Source: Candidatus Iainarchaeum sp. (lineage in GTDB: Archaea > Iainarchaeota > Iainarchaeia > Iainarchaeales > CSSED10-239). From it: a DNA stretch of 32,000 nucleotides. Where the stretch lies: contig JBBISB010000001.1 of NCBI GenBank assembly GCA_037441475.1, forward strand, positions 638,988 through 670,987, in the 5' to 3' direction. Both the position numbers and the translations under genes were made by a program. The notes below the pieces were generated by a model, which was not told where the DNA came from, ran no database searches, and was given only the letters and a program-made list of their open reading frames with translations. The stretch's first letter is position 1. Every line of letters starts with the position of its first letter. Of the stretch, positions 8,867 to 17,190 are shown one piece after another.

Positions 8867-9784
8867 ATGAGTGAAAATACAAATATTTACGATTTAGCAA
8901 TTGTTGGAGGAGGAGCAGCAGCAATGTCATGTGCCCTTTACTCAGGAAGATATAAAATGTCTACTGTAATGTTTACAGATTCATTTGGAGGAACAACAGC
9001 CTCAGCCCACATGATTTGGAACTACCCTGGTTTTTTAGAAATCTCAGGTATGGACCTAATGTCAAAAATGACAGAACAGATAAACCACCTTAAGATACCA
9101 ATAAAGTATGAAAAGGTAATAGATATTAAAAAAGAAAATAATTACTTTATTGTAAACTCAGATCAAGAGTCTTTAAAAGCAAAAAAAATATTAATAGCCA
9201 TAGGTATGAAGAAAAGAACCCTTAACATACAAGACGAAGATAAGTTTTTAGGAAAAGGCGTGCATTACTGTGCTACTTGTGATGGTGCTTTCTACAGAGA
9301 TAAAGTGGTTGGAGTTATTGGAGGGTCTGACGCTGCAGTAACAGCAGCTCTTTTACTTTCAGAGCTTGGAAAAAAAGTTTACTTAATCTATAGAGGAACT
9401 TCCTTAAGAGCAGAACCTATGTGGCTTGATTCTCTTTACAAACAAAAAAATGTTGAGATTCTTTATAACTCTGAACTTAAAAAGTTAGTTGGTAATGAAA
9501 AATTAGAAAAAATTATTCTTAAGGACGATAAAGAAATTGTTCTTGATGGTATCTTTATAGAGATTGGTCATGTTCCAAACACAGAGCTTTTAGAAAAATT
9601 AAACCTTACCTTAGATTCACATGGAGAGATAATTGTTGATAGAGAGCAAAGAACAAATATACCTGGTGTCTTTGCTGCTGGAGATTGTACAAACCAATCT
9701 GAGCTTAAACAAATAGTAACTTCAACCTCCCAAGGAGCAGTGGCTGCCTACCATATGTTCAAGGATTTAAAGGCTGAACAATGA
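8867..9784 (+). CDS. trxB: Thioredoxin-disulfide reductase
   Basis: 305 aa; FAD motif 'AIVGGGAAAMSCALY', redox-active CATC in 'HYCATCDGAFYRDK', second nucleotide-binding region 'GVIGGSDAAVTAAL', 'IPGVFAAGDCT'. Confidence 0.95.
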   Translation: MSENTNIYDLAIVGGGAAAMSCALYSGRYKMSTVMFTDSFGGTTASAHMIWNYPGFLEISGMDLMSKMTEQINHLKIPIKYEKVIDIKKENNYFIVNSDQESLKAKKILIAIGMKKRTLNIQDEDKFLGKGVHYCATCDGAFYRDKVVGVIGGSDAAVTAALLLSELGKKVYLIYRGTSLRAEPMWLDSLYKQKNVEILYNSELKKLVGNEKLEKIILKDDKEIVLDGIFIEIGHVPNTELLEKLNLTLDSHGEIIVDREQRTNIPGVFAAGDCTNQSELKQIVTSTSQGAVAAYHMFKDLKAEQ

Positions 9785-9890
9785 CAGCTATACATAAAAA
9801 GATACCTTTATTAAACATACCATTAATCATATTATTAAGGGGTTTTTTAAAAACATTTTTTAAATAAAATAACATCTAATAAAAACAATA

Positions 9891-10586
9891 ATGAGGGGTT
9901 TTATGACCGATATAAATAGTAAAGTAAAAAAGTCTTTTGAGTCAATTAATAAGAATCTTTATAGGACAAACAAGGTTTTAGAGCTTTATAACCCATTACA
10001 TGATATAATAAACAGCTTAATAAACGATTATAAAGAAATTTATGAAATAGGAAAGAAAAACGAACATTTAGAAAAAGAAATTGAAGAAGAAATTAAAAAA
10101 AGAGAGCTCATCTCTTTGTTTAAGAAAATGCATTTAACTGTTGCTGAAATTAAAGAGGAAATGGATATTTTCTATAAAGAGATGCAAGATGCAGATAAGT
10201 TTTTTGAAAAATACAGAACATACAGAACATATGTTTTTACAGATACTTTAAAGGCAAAAGACTATATCCAAAAACTAATCTCTTCCTTTGACATTAAAGA
10301 CTTTATTTTAAAGTTTAATGTTGTTGGAACCATTGATCTTTCAGACATTTCAACAAAAGTAAAAGGTAAAAAACAAGGTATTGATATAGTTGTTCCATCT
10401 GAAAACCTTGGTTTAATCTTTGATGAAATCTTAAAGTCTAAGACAGTTAAGTTTAGATTAGTATCTGATGCTATAACCATCTATTTCGAGAAAGACATTA
10501 TTCTTTATATAGAAGGACAAAGTAAGAAAATCAAGTTATGTGATATTGAAGCACAAAACTTTAATGCTAAGGTTATTGAAGATTAA
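9891..10586 (+). CDS. Hypothetical coiled-coil/alpha-beta protein directly upstream of scpA
   Basis: 231 aa ORF (likely start at the second Met, MTDINSK...); co-directional with scpA. Confidence 0.7.
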   Translation: MRGFMTDINSKVKKSFESINKNLYRTNKVLELYNPLHDIINSLINDYKEIYEIGKKNEHLEKEIEEEIKKRELISLFKKMHLTVAEIKEEMDIFYKEMQDADKFFEKYRTYRTYVFTDTLKAKDYIQKLISSFDIKDFILKFNVVGTIDLSDISTKVKGKKQGIDIVVPSENLGLIFDEILKSKTVKFRLVSDAITIYFEKDIILYIEGQSKKIKLCDIEAQNFNAKVIED

Positions 10587-10633
10587 AAAAAACCTTAGTC
10601 TTTTTATTCTTTTTTAAACATGATTATTTCATT

Positions 10634-11299
10634 ATGGATAGATTAATAACAATCATTGACCAACCAAACTGGAAACTACTATTATTTGATTTAGTTAAAT
10701 CAAATGATTTTGATATTTGGAACATTGATATAGTATCCTTAACAGAGCTTTATTTAAAAAAAATAATTCAGCTTAAAGAGGGTAATTTAATGGTTCCTGC
10801 AAATGCTCTTTTAGCTGCCAGTATTCTACTTAAAATAAAAACATATACCTTAAAGCTTACAAGCATAGAACCTGAAGAAGAATTAATAATACCAAAAGAA
10901 GAGGATCTTTTGCTTAATGCTTTAAATCTTGATAACCAAATAAGGAATAAAGAAGGACAAGTTTCTTTAGATGACTTAATAGAAGCCATTGATTCTATAA
11001 TGAATAGACCAACTAAAAAGAACTTAGAAAAAATGATTAAGGAAAAAGCTGAAATTGAATTTATTCTTCCAAGGACTATTGAAGACATTAACTACAGGAT
11101 AGATGTTCTTTATACCTCTATTAAAAAACAAGCTGATGATGAAGGTTGTTTAACTTTTAAAAAACTTTTTTCAAATAACATTAATAACTTTGATGTTGTA
11201 AACAATCTTTTTATACCTCTTTTATTTCTTCATCAAGAAGAAAAAATAAATGTTTGGCAAGATGACTTTTTTTCTGAAATTTTTATAAAAGTTATTTAA
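10634..11299 (+). CDS. scpA: Segregation and condensation protein A
   Basis: 221 aa; ScpA signature 'LLLFDLVKSNDFDIWNIDIVSLTELYL', 'NALLAASILLKIKTY', C-terminal wHTH region with 'PLLFLHQEEKINVWQDDFFSEIFI'. Confidence 0.82.
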   Translation: MDRLITIIDQPNWKLLLFDLVKSNDFDIWNIDIVSLTELYLKKIIQLKEGNLMVPANALLAASILLKIKTYTLKLTSIEPEEELIIPKEEDLLLNALNLDNQIRNKEGQVSLDDLIEAIDSIMNRPTKKNLEKMIKEKAEIEFILPRTIEDINYRIDVLYTSIKKQADDEGCLTFKKLFSNNINNFDVVNNLFIPLLFLHQEEKINVWQDDFFSEIFIKVI

Positions 11300-11363
11300 T
11301 TTTTTCTTTTTAAGTAATTTTTTCTTTTTTCTTTGTTTAATCTTTTTTTTAAAAACTTTAACA

Positions 11364-11395
11364 CATATTTATAAATATTATGTATGTATATTTTA
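11364..11395 (+). promoter_or_regulatory. Putative promoter element upstream of the first class III signal-peptide adhesin
   Basis: 'aacacatatttataaatattatgtatgtatattttatcta' is nearly identical to the sequence upstream of the second adhesin gene and contains a TATA-like 'TTTATAAATA'. Confidence 0.5.
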
Positions 11396-11433
11396 TCTAT
11401 TTTGTAGTTATTATTTAAGAAGGACCTTGTCTT

Positions 11434-13218
11434 ATGAAAAAAATAAAAAAACTTATTTCTAAAAATAAAGATGTGAAAAAAGATATGAATCATAATAAAA
11501 AAGCTCAAGTCTCAATTGAGATGATTGTTATTTTAGGAATATTGATTTTAGGTGCTGTTATTTTAGCAACCTTTCTAGGTCTTTTTGGTGAAAAAACAAC
11601 CCAGTTAACAGATCTTAATGAAGTTGCTGAAGGTACTTTTGATGGTTTTTTAAATAATTTAGGAAATTCTTCAGATGGAAGTTTCCCACAGCAGCCAGGA
11701 GGTACAGGAATAAACTATACTTTAACATTAATTCCAAACAATGCATCTTTTGGAACAGCAAACACCTCTGGTAGTTATCAGTCAGGTTCTTTAGTAACTG
11801 TTACAGCAACTCCTAGTGCAGGTTATTCTTTTGTAAACTGGACAATCACTTCAACAGGTGTTGTTGCAAGTACAAATGCAAGTTATTCTTTTACAATGCC
11901 AACAAACAATTTAGGTTTAACAGCTAATTTTTCTTCAAAAGCTCCTACCTTATATACCTTATCATTAGTTGAAAATCCAAATGAACCTAATGCAACATTG
12001 ATTGGTGCTGGAAGTTATGCCGCAGGAACAGTAGTTTCAGTTTCCATAACCACTACAGGTTCAATATTTTTTAATAATTGGACAAACCAAGGCGGAACTG
12101 TAGTAAGCTCTGTTGCAAATTTTAATTATACAATGCCTGCAAGTAATACAACATTAACAGCAAACTTTTCTACTGCTGCAACTATGGTTTCTTATTTCAC
12201 TTCTACATGGGATACAACAAAAACAAGCCCAGGTTCTTCTAATAGTAATCAAATAAAATTACCATTAGTTCCAACAGGGACATATAACTTCGTTGTTTAT
12301 TGGGGAGATAGAACTACAAACACTATAACCACTTGGAATTCTTCAAATGCAACCCATACATACTCTTCACCTGGAGAGTACACAATATATATCTCAGGTG
12401 TAATAAATGGATTTTCATTTAATAATTCTGGAGATAAATTAAAATTATTACGAATAGGTTCTTGGGGTCAATTAAACTTAGGAAATACAGGTGGTTATTT
12501 CTATGGTGCACAAAATCTAGAAATAGATGCAGCAGATTCTCTTGATTTAAGAGGAACAACAAATTTATCTTCTATGTTTAGAGATTGTTCTTCAATTACA
12601 ACTATTCCTTCATTAAATAAATGGGATGTTACATATGTAACTGATATGAGTTCAATGTTTTCATATGCAACTTCATTTAATGCTCCTTTAAATACTTGGG
12701 ATGTTAGAAATGTAACAAATATGTCTGGGATGTTTAATGGAGCTACTTCTTTTAATCAATATATAAATGACTGGGACACTTCAAATGTTAGTGATATGCA
12801 ATACATGTTTTTAGGTGCAGAAAAATTTAACCAGCCCTTAAACCAATGGAATGTTTCAAATGTTAGAAATATGGCTGGAATGTTTGCAAGTGCACAGAAT
12901 TTTGATCAACCTTTAAACAGTTGGGATGTTTCGAAGGTAACGCTTATGGAGGGTATGTTTGGTAATGCGTATTCTTTTGATCAGCCTTTAGATAGATGGG
13001 ATATTTCAAACGTTATTTTTATGGATTATTTTTTTGGAGATATAACTTTATCCACTAAAAATTATGATGCAATATTAAATTCTTGGGCTAATCAAAAATT
13101 AAAACAAAATGTTGTTTTTGATGCAGGGTATAGTAAGTATAGTTCTTCTGGTGAAGCTGCAAGAGATGTATTAATTAAAAACTATAATTGGACTATTAAA
13201 GATGGCGGTCTTCAGTAA
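11434..13218 (+). CDS. Class III signal-peptide (pilin-like N-terminus) surface protein with InlB-type B repeats, PKD-like region and BspA/DUF285 repeats
   Basis: 594 aa; 'KKAQVSIEMIVILGILILGAVILATFLGL' class III signal, two 'GSLVTVTATPSAGYSFVNWT'-type repeats, then multiple 'W(D/N)(T/V)SNVxxMxxMFxxAxxFNQPL' repeats. Real start may be ATG at 11485. Confidence 0.85.
   Translation: MKKIKKLISKNKDVKKDMNHNKKAQVSIEMIVILGILILGAVILATFLGLFGEKTTQLTDLNEVAEGTFDGFLNNLGNSSDGSFPQQPGGTGINYTLTLIPNNASFGTANTSGSYQSGSLVTVTATPSAGYSFVNWTITSTGVVASTNASYSFTMPTNNLGLTANFSSKAPTLYTLSLVENPNEPNATLIGAGSYAAGTVVSVSITTTGSIFFNNWTNQGGTVVSSVANFNYTMPASNTTLTANFSTAATMVSYFTSTWDTTKTSPGSSNSNQIKLPLVPTGTYNFVVYWGDRTTNTITTWNSSNATHTYSSPGEYTIYISGVINGFSFNNSGDKLKLLRIGSWGQLNLGNTGGYFYGAQNLEIDAADSLDLRGTTNLSSMFRDCSSITTIPSLNKWDVTYVTDMSSMFSYATSFNAPLNTWDVRNVTNMSGMFNGATSFNQYINDWDTSNVSDMQYMFLGAEKFNQPLNQWNVSNVRNMAGMFASAQNFDQPLNSWDVSKVTLMEGMFGNAYSFDQPLDRWDISNVIFMDYFFGDITLSTKNYDAILNSWANQKLKQNVVFDAGYSKYSSSGEAARDVLIKNYNWTIKDGGLQ
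11746..11892 (+). repeat. 147-bp segment duplicated at 13667-13813 (2 mismatches)
   Basis: Direct comparison of the two stretches beginning 'tcttttggaacagcaaacacctctgg' and ending 'agttattctttt'. Confidence 0.9.
12298..12438 (+). repeat. 141-bp segment duplicated at 15203-15343 (2 mismatches)
   Basis: Direct comparison of 'tattggggagat(a/g)gaactacaaa...ggagataaa'. Confidence 0.9.
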
Positions 13219-13239
13219 TCCTTTTTTTTAAAAATAATT

Positions 13240-13271
13240 AGTAATTATCTTATTTAGTAATTATCTTATTT
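13240..13271 (+). repeat. Two tandem copies of 16-bp AGTAATTATCTTATTT
   Basis: Read directly just upstream of the second adhesin's TATA-like element. Confidence 0.85.
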
Positions 13272-13351
13272 AACACATGTTTATAAATATTATGTATTAA
13301 TATTTTATCTATATACATCCTTATGTTATAAAATTATAAGCGTCTTTAATT

Positions 13352-16150
13352 ATGAAGAAAATAAAAAATAAATTAGTTATTAAAAAAAAAGAGAAGAAAG
13401 ATATGAATAAAAATAAAAAAGCCCAGGTCTCAATAGAGATGATAATTATTTTATCTGTTTTAATTTTAGGGGCAGTAGTATTTGCATCTTTACTTCTAGG
13501 CTTTTTTAATAAAAGTGTTGATAGAAACACAGATGTTGATGATGTAGCAAGTAATACTGTTAATAGCTTCATTAAAGATCTTGTAAATTATAATGATAGT
13601 AATAATCAAACCACTCCAAGTCCAACACCAATATTTTATAATCTAGTATTAACTCCAAACAATCCTTCTTTTGGAACAGCAAACACCTCTGGTAGTTATC
13701 AGTCAGGGTCTTTAGTAACTGTTACAGCAACTCCTAGTGCAGGTTATTCTTTTGTAAACTGGACAATCACTTCAACAGGTGTGGTTGCAAGTACAAATGC
13801 AAGTTATTCTTTTAATATGCCTTCAAGTAATTTAAGCTTATCAGCAAACTTTGTTTTAGCCCCTCCTACAAACTGTACTTTAACCTTAAACAGAAATCCT
13901 GTTTCAGGTGGAACAGTTTCAGGCGCAGGGACTTTTCCTTGTAATTCTTCTGTGACAGCAACAGCAACTCCTGCAATTAACTATGCTTTCACTAATTGGA
14001 CAACAACAAGTGGGACTGTTACAACAAACCATTATACTTTTAATTTAAATTCTTCTCAAACATTAACAGCAAACTTTACACCTTCTGCTTATAATCTTAA
14101 TTTAACAAAATCAGGAAGTGGAACTGGAACTGTTACAAGTTCTCCTGTTGGTATATCTTGTGGTTCAAGTTGTACTACAGCATCTTATGCTTTTCCTGTT
14201 AATCAACTTGTTACTTTAACAGCAACTGTTGTTAGTGGACATACTTTTGCAGGTTGGTCAGGGGATTGTTCAGGCACAAATCAAACCTGTACTGTTACAA
14301 TGTCTCAAGCAAGAAATGTAACTGCAACTTTTAATCTTCCAAACATATATTTATTATCTGTATCTAAAGAAAATCCGCTTGGTGGCTGGGTTGTAAGTTC
14401 TGGACCTACCCTAGGTATTAGTTGTGGTTCTGATTGTTCTGAAATTTATTCTTTAGGAGTTAATGTTTCTTTAACAACAACAAATCTTCTTCCAGGTTAT
14501 ACTTTTGTTGAATGGAGAGATGCTTGTACAGGATCTGCAGCTATCTGTTCATTTACTATGGATGGTCCAAAATATGTAACTGCTGTTTTTGCTCCTATTA
14601 ATCATACTTTAAATGTAAATAAAGTAAATCCTTCTTACGGTCTTGTACAGACTGTTTCTCCATCTACAGGAATTATCTGTGGTCTTGATTGCTCTGAAAG
14701 TTATTTTTATGGAACTAATGTTACTTTAAATGCTTCTGGTTTAAGTGGGGGAACTTTTGCAAGATGGTCTGGTGCTGGTTGTTCAGGCACAGATAACTGT
14801 ATAGTTACAATGGATGCTGCAAAAACTGTAACTGCAACTTTTAATGCTCCTGTTTCAAATTATTTATTAACTGTTAATAAGAATGGTACTGGTTCAGGAA
14901 GAGTTGTAAGTTCTACAATAGGTATTGATTGTGGAAGTACATGTTCTGCAAATTATGCTCAAGGAACAGTTATTAGTTTAACAGCTAATCCTGATGCAGG
15001 AAATACTTTTACTGGATGGTTAGGAGATTGTTCTGGAACTGGTCAATGTTTTGTGACTATGGATTCTGCAAAAAATGTTACTGCTGTATTTAATGCTACT
15101 AATTCATTCATTTCTAAATGGGTTACAAATAATTCTGAAGAAAGTAATTCTAATCAAATAAAATTACCGCTTGTTTCTTCTGGAACTTATAAATTTACAG
15201 TATATTGGGGAGATGGAACTACAAATACTATAACCACTTGGAATTCTTCAAATGCAACCCATACATACTCTTCACCTGGAGAGTACACAATATATATCTC
15301 AGGTGTAATAAATGGATTTTCATTTAATAATTCTGGAGATAAACTTAAATTAACTCAAATTTCAAAGTGGGGACCATTAAGACTTGGAAATACAGGTTCT
15401 TATTTCTATGGTGCACAAAACCTAACAATAACTGCAACAGATGTTTTAGATTTAACTGGTACTACAAATTTATCTTTAATGTTTAGTAACTGTTCTTCAA
15501 TAACAACAATTCCTTCTATTAATAGTTGGAATGTTTCAAATGTTACAAATATGGGATTTATGTTTTATTATGCAAGTCAGTTTAATAGTCCTTTAAATAA
15601 TTGGAATGTTTCAAATGTAACGAATATGCAGAGTATGTTTTATGGTGCAACTAATTTCAACCAACCAATCGGAGATTGGAATGTTTCAAATGTAACGAAT
15701 ATGAGTAATATGTTTTCTTATGCAACTGCTTTCAACCAACCAATCGGTTCTTGGAATGTTTCAAAAGTAACTACAATGCAAAGAATGTTTTTTCGTGCTT
15801 CTAATTTTAATAGACCTGTAGGAGATTGGAATGTTTCAAGTGTGAATAATATGGAAGGTATGTTTTTGAATGCATCTAGCTTTAATCAACCTCTTGGTAA
15901 TTGGAATCCAATAAATGTAAATAATTTTTCAATGTTTATTTCTAATACCAGGTGTTGTATTTTATCTACTGCAAATTATGATAATTTATTAATTGGATGG
16001 TCTTCTAAAAATTTGCAAAGAAATGTTAGATTAGATGTAGGTACAAGATATAGCTCAGCAGGTGAAACTGCAAGACAATCAATTATAACTAACTATAATT
16101 GGTATATTCATGATAATGGTAAGCAGTGGTTAAAAATATTTATAAATTAA
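13352..16150 (+). CDS. Larger class III signal-peptide surface protein: six InlB-type B repeats (four cysteine-containing), PKD-like region, BspA/DUF285 repeats
   Basis: 932 aa; 'KKAQVSIEMIIILSVLILGAVVFASLLLGFF', four 'GI(S/D/I)CG(S/L)xC...YxxGxxVxLT...G.TFxxW.G.C(S/T)G...C.VTM..AK.VTA.F' repeats and 'WNVSNVTNMxxMFxxAxxFNQPxxxWNV' repeats. Real start may be ATG at 13403. Confidence 0.85.
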   Translation: MKKIKNKLVIKKKEKKDMNKNKKAQVSIEMIIILSVLILGAVVFASLLLGFFNKSVDRNTDVDDVASNTVNSFIKDLVNYNDSNNQTTPSPTPIFYNLVLTPNNPSFGTANTSGSYQSGSLVTVTATPSAGYSFVNWTITSTGVVASTNASYSFNMPSSNLSLSANFVLAPPTNCTLTLNRNPVSGGTVSGAGTFPCNSSVTATATPAINYAFTNWTTTSGTVTTNHYTFNLNSSQTLTANFTPSAYNLNLTKSGSGTGTVTSSPVGISCGSSCTTASYAFPVNQLVTLTATVVSGHTFAGWSGDCSGTNQTCTVTMSQARNVTATFNLPNIYLLSVSKENPLGGWVVSSGPTLGISCGSDCSEIYSLGVNVSLTTTNLLPGYTFVEWRDACTGSAAICSFTMDGPKYVTAVFAPINHTLNVNKVNPSYGLVQTVSPSTGIICGLDCSESYFYGTNVTLNASGLSGGTFARWSGAGCSGTDNCIVTMDAAKTVTATFNAPVSNYLLTVNKNGTGSGRVVSSTIGIDCGSTCSANYAQGTVISLTANPDAGNTFTGWLGDCSGTGQCFVTMDSAKNVTAVFNATNSFISKWVTNNSEESNSNQIKLPLVSSGTYKFTVYWGDGTTNTITTWNSSNATHTYSSPGEYTIYISGVINGFSFNNSGDKLKLTQISKWGPLRLGNTGSYFYGAQNLTITATDVLDLTGTTNLSLMFSNCSSITTIPSINSWNVSNVTNMGFMFYYASQFNSPLNNWNVSNVTNMQSMFYGATNFNQPIGDWNVSNVTNMSNMFSYATAFNQPIGSWNVSKVTTMQRMFFRASNFNRPVGDWNVSSVNNMEGMFLNASSFNQPLGNWNPINVNNFSMFISNTRCCILSTANYDNLLIGWSSKNLQRNVRLDVGTRYSSAGETARQSIITNYNWYIHDNGKQWLKIFIN

Positions 16151-16199
16151 ACTATCTTAATATATATAGATATTTTTTTTAAAAAAAAGATGATTATAT

Positions 16200-16673
16200 A
16201 TGATAAACAAAAAAGGACAAGTCTCTATTGAGTTAATTATTTTAGTTGGTATGCTTATTATAGGTGCTGTTGTTTTATCTGTTACTTTGATTAGTTCATA
16301 TAAAAAAAATATAGAAACAACAGATGATACTGCAAAAAAACAAAGTAACCTTATAGATAATTTTGTAGAAGATCTTGATGATGTTCAATCCGGAAACTCT
16401 GGAGGACAGATAAATCAATTTAGTGTTACTCTTACTAATCCACGTCCAATTAGTTATCCTCCTGGAAATGTATCTTTTAATATTTCATATGATTATAATG
16501 TAGGTCCAGTTACTTGTAATTGGGATTTAAGTTCTATGACATATGGAGAGCAAAATTTCCAAGGTTGTTCTACTTTACGTAATTTAGGTTTAGGAGAATA
16601 TACTGCAGATTACACAGTTACAGATGGTTCTAGCACTAGAACAGGGACTGTGTCCTTTAGAGTTAATAATTAA
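16200..16673 (+). CDS. Small pilin-like class III signal-peptide protein
   Basis: 157 aa; 'MINKKGQVSIELIILVGMLIIGAVVLSVTLISSYKKNIE' followed by a short beta-rich/Ig-like domain. Confidence 0.82.
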   Translation: MINKKGQVSIELIILVGMLIIGAVVLSVTLISSYKKNIETTDDTAKKQSNLIDNFVEDLDDVQSGNSGGQINQFSVTLTNPRPISYPPGNVSFNISYDYNVGPVTCNWDLSSMTYGEQNFQGCSTLRNLGLGEYTADYTVTDGSSTRTGTVSFRVNN

Positions 16674-16687
16674 ATTAAAGATTTTTT

Positions 16688-17152
16688 ATGGACCAAACAA
16701 GTAGTGATTACCTTAAGCAAGCAATAGAGGCAATCCTCTTTTTATCCCCAAAATCTATTTCTTTATCAAAGATATATGCCTCTTTTCCAAACATCCCAAA
16801 GAACATAATAGATATCCAGATAGATGACTTGATAAACAGTTATCAAAAAAGACAAACATCTTTAGAAATTGTAAAAGATAACAATAAACTTGAAATTGTT
16901 GTAAAACCAGAGTTTCATTCCTTTAACATCTTTGCAACAGGAACAACTCTCTCAAAATCAGAGCTTAAGACCTTAGCCTTCATCTCTTTAAATGCCCCAG
17001 TAGAGCAAGCAAAGATAAGTAAGAAAAGACCTTTTGAAGATCTAAAGATATTAAAAGACCTAGATCTAATATCTATTGAAAAGAAGGGACGAAAGAATAT
17101 CTTACAAACAACCAAAAAATTTTCTCTTCTCTTTAAAAATAAGAAAAAGTAA
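16688..17152 (+). CDS. scpB: Segregation and condensation protein B-like winged-helix protein
   Basis: 154 aa; 'LKQAIEAILFLSPKSISLSKIYASFP', 'SYQKRQTSLEIVKDNNKLEIVVKPEF', 'LSKSELKTLAFISLNAPVEQAKI...LKDLDLISIEKKGRKNILQTTKKF'. Confidence 0.72.
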   Translation: MDQTSSDYLKQAIEAILFLSPKSISLSKIYASFPNIPKNIIDIQIDDLINSYQKRQTSLEIVKDNNKLEIVVKPEFHSFNIFATGTTLSKSELKTLAFISLNAPVEQAKISKKRPFEDLKILKDLDLISIEKKGRKNILQTTKKFSLLFKNKKK

Positions 17153-17190
17153 CCTTTAAATAAATATAACTCTTATATTTATTATATCTT

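Noticed and set aside
10262-11088. Minus-strand ORFs of 72 and 106 aa opposite the 9891 ORF and scpA
   Set aside because: Shadow ORFs of well-supported coding sequence.
11296-11508. 70-aa ORF overlapping scpA end and the adhesin start
   Set aside because: Phe/Asn/Lys-rich translation of AT-rich intergenic DNA that includes the duplicated promoter; not protein-like.
13321-13572. 83-aa minus ORF opposite the second adhesin N-terminus
   Set aside because: Antisense of the class III signal peptide region; artefact of composition.
16688-17152. Concern that scpB is inactivated by the neighbouring insertion-like cassette
   Set aside because: The ORF is intact with recognisable winged-helix sequence; no terminal repeats, integrase or transposase were found around the adhesin genes.
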